Shown: in pieces, positions 9,008-20,040 of the stretch
How the letters are laid out: every line of letters starts with the position of its first letter
Position numbering within the stretch: position 1 is the first letter of the stretch
DNA from: a virus
Lineage: Duplodnaviria; Caudoviricetes
Virus record (IMG/VR): IMGVR_UViG_3300005512_000200
Span: 1 to 31,593 of that record
Direction: 5' to 3' (one strand)
Length of the DNA stretch: 31,593 nt
Translations under genes and position numbers: made by a program
The notes under the pieces: generated by a model
The model's database searches: none
Told to the model about the DNA's origin: nothing
What the model saw: the letters and a program-made list of their open reading frames with translations, nothing else

Positions 9008-11203
9008 ATGGCTGTAATTAGAGAGCAGAGAACATTTAGGAATCAGCCAATTGGCGTTGTTCGAGCTAGTCGAGCAGGGGAAGAGTATTGGCAAACTGTT
9101 GGTCGTGCAGCCGATGAACTAACTCAAACTGCCTACAGAGCCGCAGCGGATCAGGCAAAGCGCACTGGTATGGAAACTGCCGCAGCCGTTAAGCAATCTG
9201 ACTTTAGAACAATCGATCCTCTTACTGGTGAGATTGAAACCTTTAACATGCCTTCTGTTCCTCAAAACTTTGGCACTATTGCCAGAGATGCGTTTGAGCA
9301 AGTAGCTGAGAACAGGTATGTAAAGTCTGTAGAATCTGCAATTAAAGAGAAGTCTGCAGAGATTGCACTTACACATCAGAACCACCCACAAGCTGTTGAG
9401 CGTTATGAAGCAGATATGGGTGAGTACCTTTCTCAGGTAACTAAGAATGTCCAGCCTCGTTTCCAAGAAACAACTAGAGACATTGCCGCCGCTTGGATGG
9501 CAAGCACCAGAACTAATCTGCTTGCAAAACGTTTTGCTATTCAGCAAGAGATTGAGCGCAGCAATCTTGAGAACGATGCAAGAGGTCAGGCAACAAACAT
9601 CTCTAACCTATCATCGATGGATTCTCCTGATGCTGGTGTATTGCTTGAATCAGAATCTCAAAAGCAAAGAAATGCTGTAGAAGCTGGCGTTCAAACTGGC
9701 AATCAAGCTGACGCTAATATTGCTATTATGCGGCGTGGAATGAAGACTGGCTTATTATCTAAGAGCCTTTCATTAACATCTACTTATGAAGATACTGATG
9801 CAAGTGGCAACAAAGTACAAAAGCCAGTAACTGCTTCTATTGCTTTGTTAGTTGAAAACTCAATCGATAACCAAGCTGTTAATGAAAACTTACCAGAGTC
9901 TTTAAAGCCTTTGGTAAAGAGTATTATTGAAGATCCTACATTTATAGAAGATAGAGAGTTTGTTGGACGCTTTGTTTCTAGTCAGCGTGTTGCTTTATCT
10001 CAGCAAGAAGGTTCAGTAAAGAAAGCAACTAAACTTGAAATCGCAACTAAGAAAATTATTAATGGTCAAAGAGTTTTCAATACAGACGCTGCGTCTAGAG
10101 AAGCTGCTCAAAATATAATTAGAGATGATGCTGGTCTTCCTAAAGATGTAAGCATGAATGAGTACTTTGGTTTACCTCAGTCAGTGGGCAACTCAACACT
10201 CAATGCCATGCTTTATAGGGGCTTGGTTCCTGATGGGTTAATGCAAAACATTGGTCTTGTTACAAGTGGCGATCAGCCAGCTAGTGATGAGTTTATTGAA
10301 ACAACATTTAATCATTACCTTAACTACAGCAGCATGATTGATAGCAGTGGTCAAAGAAGAAACCTATTGCTTATAGATGGTGGCATAACAAAAGAACAGG
10401 ATGCAATGATGCGTTCTGCAATTGCTATGCGTAACTTTAGAGGCGGCAACTTAAGAGATATTCTTTCTCGTCAAAGAGCAATGTTAGAAGATAAGGATGC
10501 TTTTAACATTAGAGCTTCTGATGTTTTCAAAGAATATGCAGGTGATTCAACTAATGAAAAAATTGATAGATTTATTTCTGAAGAGCTGAAAATTGGCAAT
10601 GATATATATGCAATAAGAAATATGCGTCCTTTAATCAATCATATGATTGCTACTGGTCACAATCTTGAAAGCATTAAGACTGAGACAACAAATCTTCTTG
10701 ATGAATTGTATATGGAAGACGATGAGGATCTTGTTGCTGATCCATTTAACTTCGATCCAAACAAATCTTTCTATGCATTGAAGCGTGTGTTCCCTGATGA
10801 CAAGGATCGACTTACCTTTGTTTCTGAAGTTCAAAGGCAATTACTCGATAGAGGTTTTGAAGGATTTGTATTCTCATCAACAATGAAACAAAGAGATGTA
10901 ACAGATCGCATTAAAAATGTAAGACTTGTTCCGTTGCCACAACAGCCACTAAGCACTGAGTCAACAGTAATTTATATGGGTGTGTACAGAGATGACAATG
11001 GAGATATGGTTCCGTTGCAAGATGCAAGCGGCCCATTTATGATTTCAAGTGATGTTATTTCTGAGCAGCAAGAAGCAAGAATACAAGCCCAAAGAGAGGC
11101 TCTTATTGCAGAACAAGATAGGATTATTGCAGAAAGAGAAAGACAGAAAGAAAGACAGCAGCAATCTATCAAGGCACTCAAGGGATCATTTGGTAAAAAC
11201 TAA
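9008..11203 (+). CDS. Internal virion (ejection) protein, gp15-like
   Basis: 731-aa helical protein in the canonical position; no catalytic motif recognised. Confidence 0.65.
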   Translation: MAVIREQRTFRNQPIGVVRASRAGEEYWQTVGRAADELTQTAYRAAADQAKRTGMETAAAVKQSDFRTIDPLTGEIETFNMPSVPQNFGTIARDAFEQVAENRYVKSVESAIKEKSAEIALTHQNHPQAVERYEADMGEYLSQVTKNVQPRFQETTRDIAAAWMASTRTNLLAKRFAIQQEIERSNLENDARGQATNISNLSSMDSPDAGVLLESESQKQRNAVEAGVQTGNQADANIAIMRRGMKTGLLSKSLSLTSTYEDTDASGNKVQKPVTASIALLVENSIDNQAVNENLPESLKPLVKSIIEDPTFIEDREFVGRFVSSQRVALSQQEGSVKKATKLEIATKKIINGQRVFNTDAASREAAQNIIRDDAGLPKDVSMNEYFGLPQSVGNSTLNAMLYRGLVPDGLMQNIGLVTSGDQPASDEFIETTFNHYLNYSSMIDSSGQRRNLLLIDGGITKEQDAMMRSAIAMRNFRGGNLRDILSRQRAMLEDKDAFNIRASDVFKEYAGDSTNEKIDRFISEELKIGNDIYAIRNMRPLINHMIATGHNLESIKTETTNLLDELYMEDDEDLVADPFNFDPNKSFYALKRVFPDDKDRLTFVSEVQRQLLDRGFEGFVFSSTMKQRDVTDRIKNVRLVPLPQQPLSTESTVIYMGVYRDDNGDMVPLQDASGPFMISSDVISEQQEARIQAQREALIAEQDRIIAERERQKERQQQSIKALKGSFGKN

Positions 11204-14200
11204 TGGCTGATGAAGTTATAAACGAACCTAAAAGCACTGGGATGCTAAACATCTATGGTGGCCCTGTGCCATTGCAGATCCCAAGAACTGTAGATGAGTT
11301 TGTGCCAATTAGTGTAGAAGAAGATCCTACATTTGGTGAGACTGTATCTGCAACTCTTGGCTATCAGTACGCCCCTTTGTTTAATGCTATTAAGAACAAT
11401 CTTAAATATCAAGACATTGAGCAAGTTGGATACAATCCTCTTGATGATATAGCTGGTTATGAAGAATATAAGTCCCACTTGTATGAAGCAAAGTCATCAC
11501 AAGAAATGGCTGAACTTAAGCAACAGATAGATGCTAATAAAGAAAGACGCGAAGTGTTGTACAGAGCATCAATCCCAATGCAGTTTGCTGCTGGCATTTT
11601 TGATCCTATTAACCTAGTTGCTTTGCCCTTTGGTGGCCCAGCCGTAGGTCTTGGTCGCTCGTTCCTAAGAACAGGAACTTCTGTTGCTGCATTGCAAGTA
11701 GGGCTTGAAGGTGTTCGCGCACCATTCGATCCATTGGCTACACCAGTAGAATCAGCAATGAATGTTGGCTCTGCCTTTGTTACTGGTGGCATGATTGGTA
11801 CTTTGTTTAGCATCCCAGCATCAAGACGAGCCGCTGCTATTGAAAAAACAAATCAACAGGTAAAAGAGTTTGTTGACATAACAGAAAATTTTACCGCTAA
11901 AGATATGTCACTTGTTGGTGACAGAGAGGCGCGTAAGCTTGGTGCAGAAGGAGATGAGGTTCTTAACAGCCTTAGAACAACTCTGCCTAAAACAATTGAT
12001 GGGTTGATTAAGGGCATTGATGAAACAAAATCAGAGTTAAATAGGCATGATGGAACTCACTTGGCTAGATATGAATTTGACGGTGGTCAAGAAACTCTTA
12101 AAAAAATAAAAGAAAAAATTAAAGAAATTAATGATAAAAAAGAATCTTTAAAAAAAGAAAAGGTTGATGTTAAACAGCTTAAATATTTGGACGATCAAAT
12201 AAAGGATTTAAAAAAATCTGAAAAAATAGTTCGTAAGCTTAAAAACCTAGACGATGCAAAGGTAAGAGATTCTGAAAGGCTGCAAGATGTTAAGCGTGAG
12301 CAGCAGTTCCGCAGAGTTGAAGGTATTAATGACGGAACAATAAAAGATCCTTTTGGCTTAGCGGATAATATATTTACTAACTCTTGGTTTTATAAAGCAA
12401 TCCCAACGCCAATGAAATCTATTTTGCAGGGAGATGTTCCTTCTAGCATTAAAGAAAAAATAACAACTTTGGCTGGTGATTCTGCAATGTTGCAGAACTT
12501 AAACAAGGTTGGATTTGCCACACCTAAATCTGTGCATCAGTATGCTTCAACACGCAATGGTGAGTGGCTTGAAGTGTATATGGGTATGCTTAATAACTTT
12601 GGTCAACACACAAAGAAGGGTGTGACTACTGTTGTTGACATTAACATATCAAACTTTGATGGATCATTTGCTGCCTTTATGAAAGAGGTCAACAGAAAAT
12701 ATATAAACGGAGAAGAGGCATCAAGTGCAGCAGAAGCTGAGTCAATTAAACTCTTAAGTAATTTCTACAAGAAGTGGGAAAAGCGTCTTATTGAAACTGG
12801 CTTGATTGGCACAGAAAAAAGCTTAAGCGCAAAGATGATTAAAAGAGAAAAGGACTTAGAGTCACTTAATGAAAAGATTAAAGAAGTTGAGTCTGGCTTT
12901 GACAAAGCAAAAGTTGGTGGAACCGAAAGGCAATACGCTTATCTAAAGGCTTTACGAGAACGTGCGCAACAAATAGAAGAAGAGTTATCTGCTCTTGAGA
13001 TTAGTCTTGCCAAGATGAAAGACGATAGAGACATTGGCCCACAGTTTCGTGAGGAAATGTTTCCGCGTTTCTGGAACAGAGATGCAATCAGAGCAAACAG
13101 GCCACAGTTTGAAAAGATTCTTTTTGATTGGTACAAAAACAATCCAGACATTTACGAGCCAGTTAAAGGTAGGGTTAAAGCTGGTGAGCCAAGGTTTGTA
13201 AAAAGAACTTTGCCAACAGATGACAAGTCTGTTCAGGGGCGTGTTAAATCTACAGTTGATGAGATACTTGGTTTATCTAAGACATTTGATAACGCCGCTG
13301 ATGAAAATGCTTTCTTTGGTGCTGGTGTATCAAAGCACTTTCGTCATCGTAAGCTAGACATACCTAATAGACTTGTTCTTGATTTTATTCAGAACGATCC
13401 GCTTGCTGTAATGAGAGCCTACACTCAGCGTGTTGCTCCTCGTTATGAGTTTGCCAAGATGTATGGTGGCAAGAGCATTGATGATCTCCTGATTGAGATC
13501 GATGAAGATATGTTTGCTGCTGGCAAATCAATTAAACAAACAAACGCTGTTCGCAAAAACTTTTTGCATTTATATGATCGTGTAGTTGGCAACGTGTTGC
13601 GTGATCCTACATCTTGGGATCAGCGTGTAGCTACTGTGCTGCGCGACTTTGCAACAATCACTTATCTTGGTTCCGCTGGGCTTTCTACGTTACCTGACTT
13701 TGCCAAGATTATGATGGAGCATGAGCTAAGAGATGTGTTCCGTTCATTGTATGGTGTTATGTCTGATAACAGACTTAGGATGACTACTAAGGAAGGTAAG
13801 CTTGCTGGAGAAGTTCACGAAACTGTTTCGGGTGAGAATCATTTAAGAATGATTGATGACATAACTAACAATCCATTCTCAGAAGGAACCTATAGCAAAT
13901 ATATGAACAAAGTAAAATGGGGTTTCTTTCAAGCAAACTTACTTGGCCCATTTACAAACATTATGAAAAAGATGGATGTTATTGTTCGCGGTCATTCATT
14001 AGTTCAGATGTCAATACGTTTGTCTAAAGGCACAGCTTCTAAGTTTGAGATGGAGTATCTTGCTAGATACGGCATCGGAAAAAAAGAAGCTGATGGTTTC
14101 AATAAGCTTGTAGATGATGGCATTATTGAAAACACTAAAGCAGATAAGTCTGGTCTTTGGCTGCCCAATACAGATAAATGGCCTGATGAGTTTAATGCGC

Positions 14201-14910
14201 TGCGTATGGAGTTTCGCAGTTCAATGAATAGTGGAATTATGAACACAATTCTTCAAAGCACTCCGGCTGACAAACCAATTATTGCTGATGGTGTTGCTTA
14301 TGTTCCTCATAGAATTGCAAAACAATTTGGTTATAAGGAAGATCCAAAGTTCCGTGGATACTCACGCATTGAAAATGGTTTGCTTGGTTTACCATTCCAG
14401 TTCTACTCGTATTCATTAGCTGCAATGAACAAGATTACTGCATCTTATGCAACAGGTGCTGCTAGAAATAGAGCAGTAGCTATGGCTACATCTATGGGCT
14501 TGGCTTACTTGGGGATGGAGTTGAAGTATCCTGACTGGGTAATGGATAAGATGAGTATATCAGATAAGATTGCTAGATCATTTGATATGTCTGGTATGGC
14601 TGCTCTTTATTCGGATGCTATATACAGATCAATGGAAACATCTATGGCTATGGGTGGGCCAGATATTTCTATGGGTTTAATATCTCCCAAGTTTCCACAA
14701 GAAAAAAGTTACGTTGATGCAGCGACTAGCGTATTAGGGGCTGGGCCTAGCTGGGGTGCTGAAATAGGCACTGGTGTAAAAGAGTTAGTTACTGGCGAAT
14801 ACGGCGAAGGATCAAAAAGAATTATGCGAAACTTCCCATTAGCTAGACTATGGATATGGAAAGATTTAATGAATGAAGCATCGAACTCATTTACTGCAAG
14901 ACGGTTCTAA
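11203..14910 (+). CDS. Large internal virion (ejection) protein, gp16-like
   Basis: 1235 aa with GIFDPINLV, TYLGSAGLSTLPD and LPFQFYSY motifs and C-terminal hydrophobic stretches, as in gp16-like proteins; directly precedes the tail fibre. Confidence 0.8.
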   Translation: MADEVINEPKSTGMLNIYGGPVPLQIPRTVDEFVPISVEEDPTFGETVSATLGYQYAPLFNAIKNNLKYQDIEQVGYNPLDDIAGYEEYKSHLYEAKSSQEMAELKQQIDANKERREVLYRASIPMQFAAGIFDPINLVALPFGGPAVGLGRSFLRTGTSVAALQVGLEGVRAPFDPLATPVESAMNVGSAFVTGGMIGTLFSIPASRRAAAIEKTNQQVKEFVDITENFTAKDMSLVGDREARKLGAEGDEVLNSLRTTLPKTIDGLIKGIDETKSELNRHDGTHLARYEFDGGQETLKKIKEKIKEINDKKESLKKEKVDVKQLKYLDDQIKDLKKSEKIVRKLKNLDDAKVRDSERLQDVKREQQFRRVEGINDGTIKDPFGLADNIFTNSWFYKAIPTPMKSILQGDVPSSIKEKITTLAGDSAMLQNLNKVGFATPKSVHQYASTRNGEWLEVYMGMLNNFGQHTKKGVTTVVDINISNFDGSFAAFMKEVNRKYINGEEASSAAEAESIKLLSNFYKKWEKRLIETGLIGTEKSLSAKMIKREKDLESLNEKIKEVESGFDKAKVGGTERQYAYLKALRERAQQIEEELSALEISLAKMKDDRDIGPQFREEMFPRFWNRDAIRANRPQFEKILFDWYKNNPDIYEPVKGRVKAGEPRFVKRTLPTDDKSVQGRVKSTVDEILGLSKTFDNAADENAFFGAGVSKHFRHRKLDIPNRLVLDFIQNDPLAVMRAYTQRVAPRYEFAKMYGGKSIDDLLIEIDEDMFAAGKSIKQTNAVRKNFLHLYDRVVGNVLRDPTSWDQRVATVLRDFATITYLGSAGLSTLPDFAKIMMEHELRDVFRSLYGVMSDNRLRMTTKEGKLAGEVHETVSGENHLRMIDDITNNPFSEGTYSKYMNKVKWGFFQANLLGPFTNIMKKMDVIVRGHSLVQMSIRLSKGTASKFEMEYLARYGIGKKEADGFNKLVDDGIIENTKADKSGLWLPNTDKWPDEFNALRMEFRSSMNSGIMNTILQSTPADKPIIADGVAYVPHRIAKQFGYKEDPKFRGYSRIENGLLGLPFQFYSYSLAAMNKITASYATGAARNRAVAMATSMGLAYLGMELKYPDWVMDKMSISDKIARSFDMSGMAALYSDAIYRSMETSMAMGGPDISMGLISPKFPQEKSYVDAATSVLGAGPSWGAEIGTGVKELVTGEYGEGSKRIMRNFPLARLWIWKDLMNEASNSFTARRF

Positions 14911-14946
14911 TTGTGAGTTGAGCAATTTCAAATTGGAAGGTAGGAT
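14911..14946 (+). promoter_or_regulatory. Putative promoter for tailspike module (leaderless)
   Basis: TTGTGAG-TTGAGC (14918-14923), a 17-bp spacer, TAGGAT (14941-14946), then 6 nt and the ATG at 14953. Confidence 0.6.
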
Positions 14947-14952
14947 TGCGCC

Positions 14953-17313
14953 ATGACTATTAACATTGCTGATAACAACCCAAGAGTCTCGTACTCAGTA
15001 AGTGCTGGTGTAACACAGACTAGCTTTGCTGTGCCTTTTGAGTTCTTCGATGAAACAGATGTACTTGTTTACATTGGTTCAACGCTCCAGACTCTTAACA
15101 CAGACTACACAATATCCGGTGGTGATGGCACTACTGGAACTATTACTATGTCTGTTACTGGTCCAGCTACTGTTGCTCTTGTGCGCGATGTAACGATTGA
15201 GCGTTCTACTGACTTCCCTACTGCTGGCCCATTCAGTGTTCAATCTCTTAACGTAGAGCTTGATAAGCAGATTGCAATTGATGCTGATCTTGAGGATCAG
15301 ATTGATCGTGCAGTAAGAAGCCCCATTGAAGAGTTCACAACAATGACTCTTCCTGATGCGGCTACCCGCGCCGACAAAATCCTCAAGTTTGACACTGATG
15401 GTAATGTCGCCGTAGAAAGCGCATCAGCCCTCGCTGCTGGCGCAGTGGTTGGTGCTAACTTTGTCAACAACACATTCACTGGCGATGGCTCTCAGACAGC
15501 CTTCACGACCACTGTAGAGGCTGGATCAAAGAACAACGCACAAGTCTACATTGATGGCGTTTACCAGCTAAAGTCTAGCTTCTCTATGTCTGGCCTTACC
15601 TTGACATTCACCGAGGCTCCACCGCTGAACTCGCAGATCGAGGTTATCATTGGTAATGCCATTGATACTGTTGATGCTGACAGCGGCAATGTGAATTACA
15701 ACCAAGGCAGCACTGGCGCACAGACACGCACAGTCGAGAACAAGCTGCAAGAGTTTGTTTCGGTCAAAGACTTTGGTGCTATCGGTGATGGCGTGACGGA
15801 TGATACTGCGGCTATTCAGGCTTGCTTCAATTCTGCTGCTGCTTCAAAATTAAAAGTTTATATTCCTAGCGGAACATACATGATAAACGCCCACACAATT
15901 CAAGCGGGTCAAGCAAAACACGGTTTATATGTTCCAAGCAATTCGCACATTATTATGGACAATGGCACAACATTAAAAGCTATTCCAAACGCAAGCGATT
16001 TATATAATGTGTTGCTTATTTACAATGTCCAAAATGTTAAAATTGAAAACGGAACATTGGCTGGTGATCGTGCTACTCATGTAGATACTGGGTCTTACAA
16101 TGGAATTGGTATGCGTATTCAAGGTGCGACCGATGTTTATATTTATAATGTAACATCTAAGGATATGTATACAGACGGTTTTGCTATTGTTTATGATGAT
16201 TTAAACTCTCCATATCCAGATTGTGAAAATGTGCATTTATTTAATTGCACAGCCGACAACAATTATCGGAACGGCTGTTCAGTTATTGGTTGTCAAAAAG
16301 GCTCGATTATTGGTGGTCGATATGCAAACAGCAATGGAACTGCGCCGCAAGATGGAATTGATATTGAGCCAAATCCAGACAACGGTTCTGGAAGCCCATC
16401 ACAGGTCAGCAATTTTATTGTTCAAAATGTTCATGCTTATAATAATACCAATGTTGGCATTGAGGTCTATGGGGCTGGAACCGTTCAGTATGTTGATTTG
16501 ATCGGCAACCATTGTTACAGCAATACTCAAAGCGGAATTAAATATCGCAATGCGACTAGAGGCTCTATTGAAAGTAATAGTTGTTACAGCAATAGTTCGC
16601 AGGGCATTGATATTAGCAGCGTTACTAATGTAGATGTTTCTGGAAATTTATGTTCTGGAAATACAGTCAATGGAATTATAGTTCAAAATCCAAACAATGA
16701 AACTACAGCAAACTTTGCAATTGATGGCAACATTGTAACTGGCAATACAGAGTCTGGAATTTTTGTAACTGGATTAACGTATGAGATACAAAATGTAGTT
16801 ATAAGTAACAATAACATTAATGCTAATGGGCAATTTGGTGTTTACTTACTTGACACTACTGACGTTAGAGTTGATTCAAATATTATTATTGGAAACAGTC
16901 AGACTACTGACAACACATCTGATAATATTTTTGCTCAGTCATCAGATTATCCAAACATAACCAACAACACCATTCGCCACGGTGGTGGTGCAAAACAACC
17001 AAGGTACGGTATTAATATTGAATCAGCCTCAACCCAGGCTGTTATTGGAAACAATGATGTAACTAATTCCGGCAAAACTGGAGCATTAAATATTGTACCA
17101 ACAAACTGTGACGTTTATGGCCCACAGCAGAATAATGTTTCAGCAGCCTTTCAAGTTATTAGCACTACAAAAGGCATTGGTTTACCTATCTTAACCACTG
17201 CACAAAAAAATTCTATGCCGACCCCTGCGGATGGATTAATTATATTTGATACAGATATAAACAAAATTTGTATCTATACTGGTAGTGCTTGGGAAACTGT
17301 GACATCAACATAA
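14953..17313 (+). CDS. Tail fibre/tailspike: T7 gp17-like N-terminal anchor plus pectate-lyase-like beta-helix
   Basis: N-terminal TSFAVPFEFF...DYTISG...LNVELD anchor; VSVKDFGAIGDGVTDDTAAIQA (Pectate_lyase_3 start); N/G/I-rich parallel beta-helix repeats; DGIDIEP. Confidence 0.92.
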   Translation: MTINIADNNPRVSYSVSAGVTQTSFAVPFEFFDETDVLVYIGSTLQTLNTDYTISGGDGTTGTITMSVTGPATVALVRDVTIERSTDFPTAGPFSVQSLNVELDKQIAIDADLEDQIDRAVRSPIEEFTTMTLPDAATRADKILKFDTDGNVAVESASALAAGAVVGANFVNNTFTGDGSQTAFTTTVEAGSKNNAQVYIDGVYQLKSSFSMSGLTLTFTEAPPLNSQIEVIIGNAIDTVDADSGNVNYNQGSTGAQTRTVENKLQEFVSVKDFGAIGDGVTDDTAAIQACFNSAAASKLKVYIPSGTYMINAHTIQAGQAKHGLYVPSNSHIIMDNGTTLKAIPNASDLYNVLLIYNVQNVKIENGTLAGDRATHVDTGSYNGIGMRIQGATDVYIYNVTSKDMYTDGFAIVYDDLNSPYPDCENVHLFNCTADNNYRNGCSVIGCQKGSIIGGRYANSNGTAPQDGIDIEPNPDNGSGSPSQVSNFIVQNVHAYNNTNVGIEVYGAGTVQYVDLIGNHCYSNTQSGIKYRNATRGSIESNSCYSNSSQGIDISSVTNVDVSGNLCSGNTVNGIIVQNPNNETTANFAIDGNIVTGNTESGIFVTGLTYEIQNVVISNNNINANGQFGVYLLDTTDVRVDSNIIIGNSQTTDNTSDNIFAQSSDYPNITNNTIRHGGGAKQPRYGINIESASTQAVIGNNDVTNSGKTGALNIVPTNCDVYGPQQNNVSAAFQVISTTKGIGLPILTTAQKNSMPTPADGLIIFDTDINKICIYTGSAWETVTST

Positions 17314-17326
17314 TAAGGAATTTGAC

Positions 17327-18271
17327 ATGACTATTAAAAATCGTGGCGGTGTGTTTGGCAGAAACCCAACATTCAATGATGTTAATGTTGATGGTACTTT
17401 GTCTATTGCTGGCGCGGCAGTTCCAGCCCCAGCGGATACATTAACAACATCCGACATTGGGTCTACAGTTCAAGCCTATGATGCTGACACGGCAAAGCTC
17501 GATGTAGCCCAGACATTTACTCAAGATCAAATTTTTAATACTCAAATTGGTGTTGGTATTGATCCATCAAATTTTAACCAGATCCAAGACAGTGGACAAA
17601 GTTACGCTTTTGGTAAAGGCACAGGCACGCCATCTCTCACAATGTACAGTGCAAACAATGCTAGTGGTCGGATTGCATTTGCTGATGGATTAACTGGTAA
17701 TGAGCAATATAGAGGTTGGTTAGAGTACGATCATTCGGTTGACGCAATGGCAATGAGAACGGCTGCGACTGAAAGATTTAAAATTACATCAACAGGAGAT
17801 TGTGAGGTTAAAACAGGCAACCTTGTAATCAGCACATCAGGCAACGGCATCGACTTTTCTGCCACCGCTGGCACTGGCACAAGTGAACTGTTTGATGACT
17901 ATGAAGAAGGAACTTGGACGCCAGTTGCTGCAAGTGCTAATGGTGATGCAAGTGTTACAACATCGGTAAGTTCGGCTAACTACACTAAAATTGGAAATGT
18001 TGTATATTTCAACTGTTATATTTCAATGAATGTAACTTCAGTGGGAACTGGTGCAGCCAGAATAACTGGACTTCCTTTCACAAATAATGGTGGATACACT
18101 GCATTTACATCTGTACACGAAACATTTGCAGGTAGCACAGGTCAGGGTTGGATTCGTCCTAGTGAAACGACTTTAGAATTTCTAGATGCAAACTCAACAA
18201 GTCAAAAAAATATCAGCGGCACTGGCACAAAATACGCTATGCTTGCCGGATCATATCTTACAAATTCTTAG
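17327..18271 (+). CDS. Tail fibre-related protein
   Basis: VQAYDADTAKLD, GNGIDFSAT..DDYEEGTWTP, YTKIGNVV and ITGLPF motifs, as seen in phage fibre C-terminal domains. Confidence 0.8.
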   Translation: MTIKNRGGVFGRNPTFNDVNVDGTLSIAGAAVPAPADTLTTSDIGSTVQAYDADTAKLDVAQTFTQDQIFNTQIGVGIDPSNFNQIQDSGQSYAFGKGTGTPSLTMYSANNASGRIAFADGLTGNEQYRGWLEYDHSVDAMAMRTAATERFKITSTGDCEVKTGNLVISTSGNGIDFSATAGTGTSELFDDYEEGTWTPVAASANGDASVTTSVSSANYTKIGNVVYFNCYISMNVTSVGTGAARITGLPFTNNGGYTAFTSVHETFAGSTGQGWIRPSETTLEFLDANSTSQKNISGTGTKYAMLAGSYLTNS

Positions 18272-18289
18272 TAGAGGTTGGTAAATAAT

Positions 18290-18487
18290 ATGCTTACAAA
18301 AATTGTTATTGCTGGCGCACAAAAAACAGACAGAGGCGTTGATATTGTTTGGTTCAAAAAACAAGAAACAAACTCAATTCCGCCTCAAACAATAAGCTCA
18401 GAATATAATTCTGGCATTTTTAATTCTGAAGATGATTTAATTGATATGCCTCAAGAAATAATTGAAGCATATCAAGAACACAAATAA
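18290..18487 (+). CDS. Small tail-fibre-associated protein
   Basis: GAGGT RBS; fills the gap between fibre genes; distant resemblance to 20041-20289. Confidence 0.65.
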   Translation: MLTKIVIAGAQKTDRGVDIVWFKKQETNSIPPQTISSEYNSGIFNSEDDLIDMPQEIIEAYQEHK

Positions 18488-18498
18488 GGAAAACAATT

Positions 18499-19995
18499 AT
18501 GGCCCTTACAAAAGTCAGTTCCTCACTTACAAACTTTGGCTCAATAAATGTTTTTGATTATTTAAATCAATCAGAAATTGATGACATCAAATCAAGAACT
18601 GCATCAATAGATGTTGCTGCAAAAGTTCAATCAGTCATTGACGCTAACCCCAATAGAGAAATTTATTTTCCGGGGGGGAGATATCGTCTGGAGGCACCTA
18701 TTCAGTTAGGCAAGCAAACTGGAACTAACACTTACACTTCAGTTGTTGGTGAAGATGCTTCTGGGACTTATTTTGGTGGAACCGTATTTAATTTTATAAA
18801 TTGCACAGGAATTATTGTAAATGACCTTTACCAGCAAATAAAAAATCTCTGGATATATGGTCAACAAACTGGTGCTTCTTTAGACTTAATAAATTATGTA
18901 TATGGAAATGTAGGCATCCGCTTATCTGGGGCTTCTCCGCGCCACGGTGGTGGAAGCAAAATTGAAAATGTGCAGATCTGGGGGTTTGATACAGGACTTT
19001 CTGCTGACAATGAAAACTCAGGCTTTGGTGGAGCTTATTTTGCAATCGATAATTTGAATATTTATTATTGCCAAGTCGGAATGTCCTGCGTTGGCACAAC
19101 AGATTTTAGATGTTCAAATGTAAACGTAAGAATTTGCACCAAACACGGTTTGTTTTTCGCACCGGCTGGATATGGAAATGGAGTATTTACTAACTTTCTC
19201 GGCGAAACTCTTGGCACTTTGTATCCTTATACAAAAGGAAATGCTGGCGTGTATGTCGGTGGTGCTTCTCAAGTACATTTCGTTGGTGGATATTTTGAGC
19301 AAGCATCTTTTTATGCAGAAGAAGGTGCTACAATAACGTACGATCAAGCAACGATGCAAAAATTTCTGCCGTACTGGGGTATGGGACATTTTTACCCAAA
19401 TGGCTCTGGTGGTGGGCCTTGGCAAGTTATTGACACTGGAACTTTAACTGCTTCTTCTTTTTTAACATCTGGCGCAGGTATAACATTAACAGATACAAAC
19501 ACAGCAGATAATCCAGACTCTATTCGCGTCCAATCTTCAACAGATACAACAGGAGCTACTCCTGCTGAGTATGTACAATATAGACACGCTTTTACAGATG
19601 CTAATCCTTTTTACAATAAAACTTCAATGAAAGCTCCAGCTAGTGGTGCTATAGCAAAATTTGCATTAAAGGTTGAGTTTCAAATTAAGTTTGTTTATCC
19701 ATTGCCAACCTCTATTAACCACACAGGATTTGTATATTCTTGCAGAGTGGTTGGAATAAATGGTGCGGATGGTCTTACCTACAATCTAATTGGTGATATT
19801 AACGATTATGATTTTTCTGATGGGGAGTGGCACAACGTAACTTTATATATGCATTTAAGATCTGGCCCATCTTATATTATAGATTATCCTTCAGTGATAG
19901 AATCTACATTTTCATTTGATGATGTTGATTTTAGTTCAACTGCTCTGGATCTTTATTTCTCAGGGCCAAGAATTACTTTTTATCAAATCATGTAA
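18499..19995 (+). CDS. Second tailspike (beta-helix depolymerase-like, C-terminal beta-sandwich)
   Basis: AAGGA RBS; INVFDYL...KVQSVID...IYFPGGRYRL..PI is a typical spike neck and beta-helix cap; IENVQIWGFDTG repeats; DGEWHNVT in the C-domain. Confidence 0.82.
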   Translation: MALTKVSSSLTNFGSINVFDYLNQSEIDDIKSRTASIDVAAKVQSVIDANPNREIYFPGGRYRLEAPIQLGKQTGTNTYTSVVGEDASGTYFGGTVFNFINCTGIIVNDLYQQIKNLWIYGQQTGASLDLINYVYGNVGIRLSGASPRHGGGSKIENVQIWGFDTGLSADNENSGFGGAYFAIDNLNIYYCQVGMSCVGTTDFRCSNVNVRICTKHGLFFAPAGYGNGVFTNFLGETLGTLYPYTKGNAGVYVGGASQVHFVGGYFEQASFYAEEGATITYDQATMQKFLPYWGMGHFYPNGSGGGPWQVIDTGTLTASSFLTSGAGITLTDTNTADNPDSIRVQSSTDTTGATPAEYVQYRHAFTDANPFYNKTSMKAPASGAIAKFALKVEFQIKFVYPLPTSINHTGFVYSCRVVGINGADGLTYNLIGDINDYDFSDGEWHNVTLYMHLRSGPSYIIDYPSVIESTFSFDDVDFSSTALDLYFSGPRITFYQIM

Positions 19996-20040
19996 TTGCG
20001 CCTTGAGCGTGGACAGTCCTAGCCAACAGGAGATAAACAA

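Noticed and set aside
12090-12250. A-rich stretch in the gp16-like gene as an insertion or slippage site
   Set aside because: The frame is intact and it encodes a K/E-rich coiled coil; no intein or intron hallmarks.
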